Shown here piece after piece: positions 47,981-59,892 of a DNA stretch of 64,000 nt. Position numbers and translations under genes: made by a program. This stretch comes from Squalus acanthias. Lineage: Eukaryota. Position 1 is the stretch's first letter; each line of letters starts with the position of its first letter. The stretch spans positions 108,192,001-108,256,000 of the forward strand of contig CM059432.1 in NCBI GenBank assembly GCA_030390025.1. Reading direction: 5' to 3'. The notes beneath the pieces were generated by a model, which saw nothing but the letters and a program-made list of their open reading frames with translations, did not search any database and was not told the DNA's origin.

Positions 47981-50360
47981 CGAGGGGAGGCCATCCTGGA
48001 CTGGGTGTTGTGTAATGAGGAGGGACTAATCAGCAATCTTGTGGTACGAGGCCCCCTGGGGAAGAGTGACCATAGTATGGTGGAGTTCTACATTAGGATG
48101 GAGAAGGAAACAGTTAAGTCAGAGACCATGGTCCAGAACTTAAATAAGGGCAACTTTGAGGGTATGAGGCGTGAATTGGCGAGGTTAAATTGGCAAGCGA
48201 TATTTAAGGGGCTATCAGTGGAAGGGCAATGGCAGACATTTAGAGATCGCATGGATGAACTACAACAATTGTACATCCCGGTCTGGCATAAAAATAAAAA
48301 AGGGAAGGTGGCTCAACCATGGCTAACAAGGGAAATCAGGGATAGTATTAAAACCAAGGAAGTTGCATACAAATTGGCCAGAAGTAGCAGCAAACCCAGG
48401 GACTGGGAGAACTTCAAAACTCAGCAGAGGAGGACGAAGGGTTTGATTAGGGCAGGGAAAATAAAATATGAAAGGAAGCTTGCAGAGAACATTAAAATGG
48501 ACTGCAAAAGCTTCTATAAATATGTAAAAAGAAAGAGGTTAGTAAAAACAAACGTAGGTCCCCTGCAGTCGGAAACAGGGGAAGTCGTAATGGGGAACAA
48601 GGAAATGGCAGATCAATTGAACAAGTACTTTGGTTCGGTGTTTACTGTGGAGGACACACACAACCTGCCAGAAATAAAAGGGGTCAGAGGATCTGGTAAG
48701 AGGGAGGAGCTGAGGGAAATCCTTATTAGTCGGGAAAAGGTATTGGGGAAATTGATGGGACTGAAGGCTGAAAAATCCCCGGGGCCTGATGGTCTGCATC
48801 CCAGAGTACTTAAGGAGGTGGCCTTGGAAATAGTGGATGCATTGACGATCATTTTCCAACATTCCTTAGACTCTGGATCAGTTCCGATGGAGTGGAGGGT
48901 GGCCAATGTAACCCCTCTTTTTAAAAAAGGAGGGAGGGAGAAAGCAGGGAATTATAGACCGGTCAGCCTGACATCGGTCGTGGGTAAAATGATGGAAGCA
49001 ATTATTAAAGATGTCATAACAGACCATTTGGAAAGTGGCGACATGATAGGTCCAAGTCAGCATGGATTTGTGAAAGGGAAATCATGCTTGACAAATCTTC
49101 TGGAATTTTTTGAGGATGTTTCCAATAGGGTGGACAGGGGGGAACCAGTAGATGTGGTGTATTTGGACTTTCAGAAGGCCTTCGACAAGGTCCCACACAA
49201 GAGATTGGTGAGCAAAGTTAAAGCACATGGGATTGGGGGTAATGTGTTGACGTGGATTGAGAACTGGTTGGCACACAGGAAACAAAGAGTAGGAGTAAAT
49301 GGGTACTTTTCAGAATGGCAGGCAGTGACCAGCGGGGTACCGCAGGGTTCGGTGCTGGGACCCCAGCTGTTTACATTATATATTAATGATTTGGACGAAG
49401 GGATTAAATGTAATATCTCCAAATTTGCGGATGACACTAAATTGGGAGGCAGTGTGAACAATGAGGAGGATGCTAGGAGGCTACAGAGTGACTTGGACAG
49501 GTTGGGTGAATGGGCAAATGTATGGCAGATGAAGTACAATGTGGATAAATGTGAGGTTATCCACTTTGGTGGTAAAAATAGAGAGGCGGACTATTACCTG
49601 AATGGTGGCAGATTAGGGAAAGGGGACGTGCAACGAGACCTGGGCGTCATGGTACATCAGTCACTGAAGGTGGGAATGCAAGTGCAGCAGGCAGTCAAGA
49701 AAGCAAACGGAATGATGGCCTTCATAGCAAGGGGATTTGAGTACAGGAGTAGGGAGGTGATGCTACAGTTGTACAGGGCCTTGGTGAGGCCACACCTGGA
49801 GTATTGTGCGCAGTTTTGGTCTCCTAACTTAAGGAAGGACATTCTTGCTATTGAGGGAGTGCAGCGAAGGTTCACTAGATTGATTCCTGGGATGGCCGGA
49901 CTGACATATCAAGAAAGATTGGGTCAACTGAACTTGTATCCTCTGGAGTTCAGAAGAATGAGGGGGGATCTTATAGAGACATTTAAAATCCTGACTGGTT
50001 TAGACAAATTAGATGCGGGCAGAATGTTCCCAATGGTAGGGAAAACTAGAACTAGGGGTCACAGTCTAAGGATTAAGGGGAAGCCATTTAGGACTGAGCT
50101 GAGGAGGAACTTCTTCACCCAGAGAGTGGTGAATCTATGGAATTCTCTTCCACAGAAGGTTGTTGAGGCCAGTTCGCTAAATATATTCAAAAGGGAGTTA
50201 GATATAACACTCACAACTAAGGGGATCAAGGGGTATGGCGAGAAAGCAGGAATGGGGTACTGAGGTAGCATGTTCAGCCATGAACGCATTGAATGGCGGT
50301 GCAGGCTCGAAGGACCGAATGGTCTACTCCTGTACCTATTTTCTATGTTTCTATGTTTCT
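47981..50360 (+). mobile_element. Young 5'-truncated CR1 LINE nested in the RTE, ORF2 frame open for ~2.3 kb
   Basis: Endonuclease C-terminus (LDWVL...SDH) plus complete RT to the stop at 50263, ttctatgt tail, TSD (T)ATAAAT at 47974-47980 and 50360-50366. Confidence 0.95.
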
Positions 50361-51524
50361 ATAAATATCCATGACGAGGCCTTGGATAATGTGAACCACT
50401 TTCCATACCTCGGGAGCCTACTATCAACAAGGGCAGACGTCGATGTGCCAGTGCAGCCTTCAGTCACCTGAGGAAGAAAGTGTTCGAAGACCAGGACCTC
50501 AAACCGAGCACCAAGCTCATAGTCTACAGAACAGCAGTGATACCCGCCCTCCTGTATGCTTCAGAGACATGGACCATGTACAGCAGGCACCTCAAAGCAC
50601 TGCAGAGGTACCACCAACGCGGCCTCTGCAAGATCCTGCAAATCCATTGACAGGATAGGCGCACCAACATCAGTGTTCTCACTCAGGCCAACATCCCCAG
50701 CATCGAAGCTTTGACTACGCTCGATCAGCTCCGCATGTCCGATACGAGACTCCCAGAACAAGCGCTCTACTCGGAGCTCCGACATGGCAAGAGAGCCCCA
50801 GGTGGGCAGAGGAATGCTTCAAGGACACCCTCAAAGCCTCCATGAAAAAGTGTAACATCCCCACCGACACCTGGGAATCCCTGGCCCAAGACTGCACAAA
50901 GTGGAGGAGAAGCATCTGGGAAGGCACCGAACACCTCGAGTCTCTTCGCTGGGAGCAAGCGTAAGCCAAGCACAAACAGCGGAAGGAGCACACGTCAACC
51001 CAAGCACCCCACCCACCCGTCCCTTCAACCACCGTCTGCCCCACTTGTGACAGAGACTGTAGGTCCTGCATTGGACTCATCAGTCACCTGAGAACTCATT
51101 TTTAATGTGGAAGCAAGTCATCCTCGGTTCCGAGGGACTGCCTAAGAAGAAGATTGTTCATGTGATATGAGAAGCAGCAAACCTTTTCCTAAATGCAGAA
51201 AAAAATGTAGAACTGCCTTTGGGAGGTGCTAATTGGACTTGATTTGGTAAAATACTCAGGAATTTACCTTATGTCGTCATTTTTGTTCTTTCATTATGAC
51301 TATTAACTTTGATTTTTTTTTCCAAGGTCGAATGTCAGGGTTATTCATTTATTTATTTGACGTTCACCTCCCCCATCAAAATGATAGGGTTGCAACTAGT
51401 ATTTCCTTCCTCTTAGTGACGTCAAAACATGTGTCATACAATCTTGCCAAAGTGCACTATGTTGGTTTACCTGCTAATGAGCATCAGAAAATCAGAAGCA
51501 AATTGACATATTTGATCCAACTAA

Positions 51525-52251
51525 ATCAGGACCAATTCACCAGGATTGGAGACGGGACAGGGACAGCCAACTCGTTCCCAGGAGGTGGGTCTCTCATTTA
51601 AATATTATAATGAGGCTGGCCTGCCTCAGATTTAACCTCCATTTTAAATTTAACTTTAGCTACTCGGGGTTTGCAGGCCTCATGAATCCTGCCAGCTAAA
51701 GTAAGTCGAGGACTGCTGGATTCAGGAGGTAAGTGGCTTTACATTTAGCTTCTGGATCCAGCGTCCCTGCCTAATACCCCCCACCCTGCGATCGGAGACC
51801 CCCCACGAGGCCTCCGATCCCCAACCACGAGGCACCCCCCCCCCCCCCACCCCGCCCCCATGCTGCTTTGGCCCCCGATCTGCTGCTCCTGCGCCCCCCA
51901 TCCCAGGCTGTTCCCGGCCCTCCGATGCTCACCCAAACCGCTCCCCCCCCCCATCCCGCTCCTCTGGCCCTCCCCTGCTCCTCCGGCCACACCCCGGTCC
52001 CCACGTGATCCCTCCCTCCCTCCTCTCTGCGATCTAGTGCCACAGGCCTACCCACCCACAGCCAGCCAGCCTCTAAATCTGGCTGGCTGCGGGGGGGAAA
52101 CAGATGTTTCCTATGCAAATCAGGCCCTGCCATTAAATTCAGCAGGGTCTGCGGGAAACCCATTCACCCGGGTTTCCCGACCACTTCCGAGCCACCACCC
52201 ATCGCCCCACGCCCCACACTCCCAACCCGCCTCCCCATTAAAATTCAGGCC
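51525..52251. mobile_element. Probable Harbinger-like MITE with a C-rich core
   Basis: Ends TTAAAATTCAGGCC and resembles 5007-5859 in architecture. Left boundary approximate. Confidence 0.4.
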
Positions 52252-53066
52252 TATGTGTTCAGGAACCAGTAGACATCTCTTTCTATGCAACATTGCAATT
52301 CACTTTGTGATGCCTTCTCATTCTGACTTACCAGCTGCCCATGAGATTTACTTGCAAGTGATTCACCTGCAAACACAGCATTGAAATTTATTCAGGCTGT
52401 GGAAATCTCCACACATAAACAGATATGCTACCAATACTACTCCCACTATCAGGCCCCCTCCATTTTCCATGTGCGGTGTCAGGCACCATACCCCACCCTC
52501 CAAGTGCTGACAGACACCATGAAAGTGCCATTGTTCACATGACTTGCTCCGAAACCAAACTGAAACTGGATAGCAGGTTCAGTGGCTGAGATATTGTACC
52601 ATATTCTCATACCTCCATTTACAGTGACGATACTGTGGTTATTGGATCTGAAATTGATTCCTTCTGATGGATGGGCATAATAGTTGCTGATTTTCACTGA
52701 AAGGGGAAAAGACTGACAGGAACAGTTTAAATAAATAAATAAATGGATTGAAACCCAAGGGCTTTGCCTTCGATTTGCCGAATCTATGACCCAGAGAGTC
52801 TCCACTGTGAGTGCACAATCAGAAGATTTAACGATGGCACTAAACATCTTTGCCACTGGCAGTAATGCTTTCTGCTTTTGAGCATTAGTAACCCAAAGTT
52901 CTTCCTTGTAAAATCTGGGGTATTTTTGATTTGAAGAGATCTTTCACTATTTTGGCATTAACACTGGAAATCTAACACTGGTTTCACATCTCCTCACAGC
53001 CACGTAGCTAAAATATTACCTGCTGGCATTAGCACAGCAGAGGAGCGCAATTGCAATTCCAGGGTT

Positions 53067-53400
53067 ATGTGTATGTATATGTGTATGTTTGTGTGTGTGT
53101 ATGTTGTGGTGTGCATTTTGGTGTATGTACGTGTGTGTTGTGATGTGCATGTGTATGTTGTGTGTATTTTGGTGTCACATGTTTGTGTGAGCATGTGGTG
53201 TGTGTTGTTTGACATGTGTGTTGTGAGACATGTGTGTGTGTTGTGGTGTGTATTTTGTGAGCATGTGGTGTGTGCTGTGAAATGTGTTTGTTGTGAGATG
53301 TGTGTGTGTTGTGCGATGGGTGTGTTAAGATGCATGTGTGTTTGTGTGTATGTTGTGTGTGTATATGTGAGATTTGTGTGTTGTGAGATGTGTGTGTTAT
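53067..53400. repeat. TG-rich low-complexity repeat, resuming at 56611-56702 after the CR1 insertion
   Basis: Degenerate (tgtgtgttg/gagatg)n on both sides of the CR1. Confidence 0.9.
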
Positions 53401-56400
53401 AAGAACATAAGAACATAAGAAATAGGAGCAGGAGTAGACCAATCGGCCCCTCGAGCCTGCTCCGCCATTCAATGAGATCATGGCTGATCTGATCCAACCT
53501 CAACTCTAAAGAACACAAGAAGCAGGAGCAGGACCAGGCCACTCGGCCCCTGGGCCCGCTCCGCCACCCACAGGGCCTTGACCGATCCGAACTCAAACTC
53601 ATGTCCAATTTCCAGCCCGCTCCCCGTAACCCCTGATACCCTTTACTTCTAGGAAATGGTCTATTTCTGTTTTAAATTTATTTAATGAAGTAGCTTCCAC
53701 AGCTTCCTGGGGTAGTAAATTCCACAGACCCACTACCCTCTGAGTGAAAAAGTTTCTCCTCATCTCAGTTTTGAAAGAGGAGCCCCTTATTCTAAGATTA
53801 TGTCCCCTAGTTCTAGTTTCACCCATCATTGGGAACATCCTCACCGCGTCCACCCGATCAAGCCCCTTCACAATCTTATATGTTTCAATAAGATCGCCTC
53901 TCATTCTTCTGAACCCCAATGAGTAGAGTCCCAATCTACTCAACCTCTCCTCGTATGTCCACCCCCTCATCCCTGGAATTAACCGAGTGAACCTTCTTTG
54001 TACTGCCTCGAGAGCAAGTATGTCTTTTCTTAAGTATGGACACCAAAACTGTATGCAGTACTCCAGGTGCGGTCTCACCAATACCCTATACAACTGCAGC
54101 AATACCTCCCTGTTTTTATATTCTATCCCCCTAGCAATAAAAGCCAACATTCCATTGGCTTTCTTGATCACCTGCTGCACCTGCATACTAACTTTTTGAT
54201 TTTCTTGCACCAAGACCCCCAGATCCCTTTGAACTGCAGTACTTTCCAGTTTCTCGCCATTAAGATAATAACTTGCTCTCTGATTTTTCCTGCCAAAGTG
54301 CATAACCTCATATTTTCCAATATTGTATTGCATCTGCCAAATCTCTGCCCACTCACCCAGCCTGTCTATATCCCCTTGTAGGTTTTTTATGTCCTCTTCA
54401 CTCTCTACTTTCCCTCCCATCTTTGTATCATCTGCAAACTTTGATATGTTACACTCGGTCCCCTCCTCCAAATCGTTAATATAGATTGTAAAGAGTTGGG
54501 GACCCAGCACCGACCCCTGCGGAACACCACTGGCTACTGGTTGCCAGTCCAAGAATGAACCATTTATCCCAACTCTCTGCTTCCTGTTAGATAACCAATC
54601 CTCCACCCATGCCAGAATATTACTCCCAATCCAGTGATTTTTTATCTTGAGTAATAATCTTTTATGTGCCACCTTGTCGAATGCCTTCTGGAAGTCTAAA
54701 TACACTACATCCACTGGTTCCCCTTTATCCACCTTGTACGTTATGTCCTCAAAGAACTCGAGCAAATTTGTCAGACATGACTTCCCCTTCATAAAGCCAT
54801 GCTGACTTTGTCCTATCAAATTATGTTTATCTAAATGTTCCGTTACTGTCTCCTTAATAATAGACTCCAAAATTTTACCCACCACAGATGTTAGGCTAAC
54901 TGGTCTATAATTTCCAGCCTTCTGCCTACAACCCTTTTTAAATAAGGGTGTTGCATTAGCAGTTTTCCAATCTGCCGGGACCTTTGCTGAGTTCAGGGAG
55001 TTTTGGAAAATTATTACCAAAGCATCCACAATTCCTACTGCCACTTCTATCAAGACCCTAGGATGTAAGCCATCAGGTCCAGGGGATTTATCCACCTTGA
55101 GTCCCATTATTTTACTGAGTACCAATTCCTTAGTAATTTTAATTGTATTTAGCTCCTCCCCCACTAGAGCCCCCTGTTTGTCCAGTGTTGGGATATTCTT
55201 AGTGTCCTCTATCGTAAAGACTGAAACAAAATATTTGTTCAGCATTTTTGCCATCTCCATGTTTCCCACCATTAATTTCCCAGTCTCATCCTCTAAGGGA
55301 CCTACGTTTGCCTTAACCACCCTTTTTCTTTTTATATAACTATAGAAACTCTTGCTATCTGTTTTTATATTTTTTGCTAATTTATTTTCATAGTCTATTT
55401 TCCCTTTCTTAATCAACCCTTTAGTTACTTTTTGTTGTCTTTTGAAGACTTCCCAATCTTCTATACTTCCACTAACTTTGGCTACCTTATATGTCCTTGT
55501 TTTTAGTTGGATACTTTCTTTAATTTCTTTACTTAGCCATGGATGGCTGTCATTTCTTTTACACCCTTTTTTCCTCAGTGGAATATATTTATTTTGAAAG
55601 TTGTAAAATAACTCCTTGAATGAACACCACTGCTCATGTACCGTCTTACCCTTTAATCTATTTTCCCAGTCCACTTTAATCAATTCTGCTCTCATGCCAT
55701 CATAGTCTCCTTTATTCAAGCTCAGTATGCTTGTTTGAGAACCAACCTTCTCACCCTCTAATTGGATATGGAATTCAACCATGTTATGGTCACTCATTCC
55801 AAGGGGATCCTTAACTAGGACATTATTAATTAATCCAGACTCATTACACAGTACCAGGTCCAAGGTTGCTTGCCCCCTTGTAGGATCAGTTACATACTGC
55901 TCAAGAAATCCATCCCTAAGACACTCAATAAACTCTTCCTCAAGGCTGCCCTGCCCAATTTGATTTGTCCAGTTAATATGATAGTTAAAATCCCCCATAA
56001 TTATAGCTGTTCCCTTATTACATGCCCCAACTATTTCCTGATTAATACTTCTTCCAACAGAGTTGCAACTATTAGGAGGCCTATATACTACGCCCACCAG
56101 TGTTTTTTTCCCCTTATTATTCCTAATCTCTACCCAAACTGTTTCATTATCCTGATCTTTTGACCCAATATCATTTCTCTGTATTACAGTGATTCCTTTC
56201 TTTATTAACATAGCCACCCCCCCTCCCCTTCCTTCCTGCCTGTCCTTCCTGATTGTTAAATACCCTGGCATATTTAATTCCCAGACGTTGTCACCCTGCA
56301 GCCATGTTTCTGTAATGGCCACAAGATCATACCCATACATAGTTATTTGTGCCGTCAACTCGTCAATTTTGTTACGAATGCTACGTGCATTCAGATAAAG

Positions 56401-56610
56401 AACTTTCAAATGTGTTTTGCGACACTTACTTCCTGCTTTTTCCTTATTTAACACTTTACCTTTTACTCCATACCTTCTGTCCCTTCCTGACATGCTTTCC
56501 TCTGTCTCCCTGCTCAGGTTCCCAACCCCCTGCCACATTAGTTTAAATCCTCCCCAACAGCACTAGCAAACACTCCCCCTAGGACAGCGATCCCGGCCCT
56601 GCCCAGGTGC
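53401..56610 (-). mobile_element. Young CR1 LINE, truncated within the end of ORF1
   Basis: Tail (ttcttatg)n, duplicated 3' UTR hairpin region, intact ORF2, ORF1 end ...GGVFASAVGEDLN*. Confidence 0.95.
53599..56538 (-). CDS. CR1 ORF2: AP endonuclease plus reverse transcriptase (979 aa, uninterrupted)
   Basis: YLNARSIRNK, ITETWL, VYRPP, MGDFN, SDHN, then PGPDG, DFQKAFDKV, GVPQGSVLGP, KFADDTK. Confidence 0.93.
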   Translation of the reverse strand: MWQGVGNLSRETEESMSGRDRRYGVKGKVLNKEKAGSKCRKTHLKVLYLNARSIRNKIDELTAQITMYGYDLVAITETWLQGDNVWELNMPGYLTIRKDRQEGRGGGVAMLIKKGITVIQRNDIGSKDQDNETVWVEIRNNKGKKTLVGVVYRPPNSCNSVGRSINQEIVGACNKGTAIIMGDFNYHINWTNQIGQGSLEEEFIECLRDGFLEQYVTDPTRGQATLDLVLCNESGLINNVLVKDPLGMSDHNMVEFHIQLEGEKVGSQTSILSLNKGDYDGMRAELIKVDWENRLKGKTVHEQWCSFKELFYNFQNKYIPLRKKGCKRNDSHPWLSKEIKESIQLKTRTYKVAKVSGSIEDWEVFKRQQKVTKGLIKKGKIDYENKLAKNIKTDSKSFYSYIKRKRVVKANVGPLEDETGKLMVGNMEMAKMLNKYFVSVFTIEDTKNIPTLDKQGALVGEELNTIKITKELVLSKIMGLKVDKSPGPDGLHPRVLIEVAVGIVDALVIIFQNSLNSAKVPADWKTANATPLFKKGCRQKAGNYRPVSLTSVVGKILESIIKETVTEHLDKHNLIGQSQHGFMKGKSCLTNLLEFFEDITYKVDKGEPVDVVYLDFQKAFDKVAHKRLLLKIKNHWIGSNILAWVEDWLSNRKQRVGINGSFLDWQPVASGVPQGSVLGPQLFTIYINDLEEGTECNISKFADDTKMGGKVESEEDIKNLQGDIDRLGEWAEIWQMQYNIGKYEVMHFGRKNQRASYYLNGEKLESTAVQRDLGVLVQENQKVSMQVQQVIKKANGMLAFIARGIEYKNREVLLQLYRVLVRPHLEYCIQFWCPYLRKDILALEAVQRRFTRLIPGMRGWTYEERLSRLGLYSLGFRRMRGDLIETYKIVKGLDRVDAVRMFPMMGETRTRGHNLRIRGSSFKTEMRRNFFTQRVVGLWNLLPQEAVEATSLNKFKTEIDHFLEVKGIRGYGERAGNWT

Positions 56611-56709
56611 AGATGTTTGTGTTTGTGTATTTGTTGTGGTGTGTGTTTGTGTTGTGAGATGTGTGTGTGTCGTGGTGTTCTCTGGTAGGTGGGTGTGTGT
56701 GTTTATATC

Positions 56710-57075
56710 TCAAAGCACTTCATACAATTTATTATTTGTGGAATGCAGTGATTGTTTTGTGTAGGCAAATGAGGCAGCTCTCTGCATCCGCAACATCCTA
56801 CAGCCAGCAATGAGATGAATGGCCAGTTAATCTGGGGTTTTTTTAGTTGTGAGGGGAATTTTGCACAGAACACCAGGAGCACTCCCAGCTCCTCTTGAAT
56901 TTTCCCATGGTATCTTCAACATGCCCTTGATCAAGTGGATGAACCCTCAGTATAACATCTCATCTGAAGGACGGCATCTTTGAGAATGCAGCACTCCCTC
57001 AGTACTGCACTGAAGTGTCAGACTCGGTTATGTGCACAAGTCTTGAATGGGGCTTGAACCCACAACCGTCTGACT
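56710..57075 (-). mobile_element. Deu-domain SINE
   Basis: Reverse complement of the SINE head and core (gcagcactccctcagtactgcactgaagtgtcag...ggggcttgaaccc). Confidence 0.7.
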
Positions 57076-59892
57076 TAGAGAAGAAGACTGTCAAAATAGA
57101 ACATGCTGACAGGCTTGTGGGTTGATATTAGTAATAAAAGTAGCCATACAATAGTTATTTTATCAGTTGTTTTAAAAAGGCCAATCATTTCAAATGGGGC
57201 AATGTCTACGTTAAAATAGCAGACATAGAGATACCATATGAATGTGTAAATGTTATCATTACTGATAATATACAACACAATTTGAACCCCTTGGAGTTAG
57301 AGGGTAAGTGCCTTATATACCAAGACAAGGCATTGTCTCATTGGCTGCTCCTGCTCCACCTTGGGATGCAAGGTTTTTGGAGCACTTTTGGAGGCTCTTT
57401 ATGCCGCCTCTCAATGGTTGGGGCTGCAGATGGTACAACTGGAATTCCAAGTTTCAAGGGTCAATTTTGGCACTCATTCTGATAAAGGTCAGACTTTGAT
57501 AGGGTTAATAGCCTGGCCTTGAATGAATCAGAACTCTTAAGAAACTAAGCCTGCATTAATTGAGGAAATGCACTGCTCCTGGAAGTAGCTCTAAAATCGA
57601 ATGCAAACTGAGTGGACAACAGGTAAAGTACTCAAATTATGATGCTAACTATTTTAATGTTATTAGTAAATTACATGAAAGAAAAAAAGAATCATATGAT
57701 GTTTGAAAATTCTACTCAATTACATCAATAGTTTAGGAGTTAAAATAGATACCATTTCACAAGGTTAAATCTTCCTTTCTGTTTCAGCAGGTATCAGAAA
57801 ATCTTACATGGTATGATAACTGAGCTTGTTATGAACTGTTGAGGCAGCCAGATGCATAATGGAATTACTTTGTCAAAAAACTTTTAATTGACCATTACAA
57901 ATAAACCTTAAATCATAATAGCAGAATAAGTGAGCGAATCATCGATAAAACACAAGTCCATGCTGCCTATTAGCTAATTGATCAAGAATGTTCAGCAACC
58001 TTGTAACAACTTTGGGAAACTCCAAAGGATGGTCGGTTTAACTTAATGTCTTAAGGTAATTGCCTGAATTTTACACCAACCACAAAGTTACAGGATAGTC
58101 ATTTTTATTGTAATATTACAATTAAAAGGATAAAAAAGGGATAATTTTTTGACCTTTTGCCACCTGGTAGGGAGACCCACCCACTGGGAGCACATATTTG
58201 AAATTCAGACACGCTCCTAAATTTCCGATGTGGGCTGCTGGTGGGCAAGAATTCAGACCATGAACTTGGAAAATTACCCCTTAGATGTAAACCAAAGCTG
58301 GATATGAGATTCTACGCCACATTTTCCAAACTTAAGTACCCTTTTGAGGCACAGCAGCAGCTCTTTAAAGCTGCGGATGTGCCAGATATCCCACCCCTAG
58401 TACCTGCATGCTCCCAGCACATTGTTCAATCTATGCTGAGAGCACTGAATGATTAGTTAAATAAATGGACCTTGTGAGGTCCACACCAAGCGCATCTGAC
58501 ACAAGATGTGTCCTTGCACTTCCTGGTACCGCCACACTGCACTCCAAATGAAAAATTAGCTCTTATATTACCTTAACGACAGTGATCATTACATCATTCT
58601 GAAAATGATTGCACTCAGGGAGGGAGAAATATAACATTCAAAAAATCATTTTGATCTCTATAAAGAAACCATAGGCTAAATATCCATGGCTGCCATAAGA
58701 GTTGCCGGTGTCACCAATGCCTCGGGTTAACGGCAGCTGAAAATGAACAAAGCGCTACAAGAGAAAAATTCATACTGGGGGCTAAAGATTTTTAGCCCAG
58801 CTCTAACTTACCGTATAATACCCTCCTGGTGGTGTTAGTGCAGACATGGGAGTCGAAGTTGCCATCCAGAAGCGGCGTTCCAGCTTCCAACAGCCTCTGG
58901 AAGGGAGGCAATAGCGTTCACTTGGCATCGGGGGAAATTAAACGGGCAATGCATTCTGAACTAATGAAAATAAAAATGAAGTGAAAAAATGCAGTTTTCA
59001 GCCTTACTGCCATTTAAAACAAAAATTGACATTAAAAAGAAGTCCCAAATGGAGTCTTCAGCTCTTAAAGCTGAATTCCCTTCTAAACCTCAACATTTGA
59101 AAAGTGCTTCAGCACTAACACAAATGGCTCAGCAAGCCAGGGAAGGAGCACCCAGGGTCTCGCACGCAGCACTCCAGCTTTGTGCAGGGGTCAACACTGC
59201 AAGGTCCTCCACCCCAGGGCCCAGGAGGCCCTCCAGAAAGAACCATGTGGGACCAGATCACTGAGGCCATCACTGCCAGCAGTGTCGCCCCCAAGACCAG
59301 GCTCCAGTGCCCAAAGAAGCTTCATGACCTCAGACCGCTGGTCAAGGTCAGTGAATGCATCTTCAAAAGCCGTCTCCTACCAACTGCACCACTAGCCTCC
59401 CACACTGCTCAATGCATGACTCACCCCTCAATCACTCACCTACCAACAATCTGTACCAATCACAAGGCACACCTCCCATTCCTAACCTCACCTCACCCCC
59501 TTGGAGGAGACAGTGCTGGCCATTCTTGGCAGGGGCGTGGCTGAGCCCTTGGCCAGCGGCGGGGCTGAAAGGATACAAGATGCTGATTCCCTCATGCGTT
59601 ATCCTCCTTCTAGCATGCACCTCTTGCTTTCCCACCCTCCCATCAGAACAACTCCACCCTTGTGTCGTCCTCATTTCACACACCCAACAAATGCATCCTG
59701 GCCAGCCAGTGGTTGACCAAGAAGTGGTAGAGGGGAGTGAAGAAGAAGAAGAAGAAACACCCTCCCAGCCACAAGGTCCTCAAGGTTGACCAGCAAGGCC
59801 ATTTGCAGTGTCCCCCACTGAAAGTCAGCAGCCTTCCACCAGCCATGCTGCAGCCACTGGGGTAGCACTGCGTGACATCAGTGGGATAGGAA

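Larger units (their letters stand above)
44774..51152 (+). mobile_element. Apparently full-length RTE-clade LINE (degenerate) with two nested insertions
   Basis: 12-bp TSD ATTGTTCATGTG (44762-44773, 51153-51164). Endonuclease (GTWNIRTL, ALSETR, GDFNARVG, DHRL), RT (FDLTKAFDTV, GVNQGC) and an (aag)n tail. Confidence 0.92.

Noticed and set aside
47741..50263. Novel 840-aa fusion gene
   Set aside because: Explained by in-frame nesting of a CR1 within an RTE, with a TSD at the junction.
52994..53608. His/Thr-rich and Cys/Val-rich ORFs
   Set aside because: Translations of a TG-rich simple repeat and the CR1 3' UTR.
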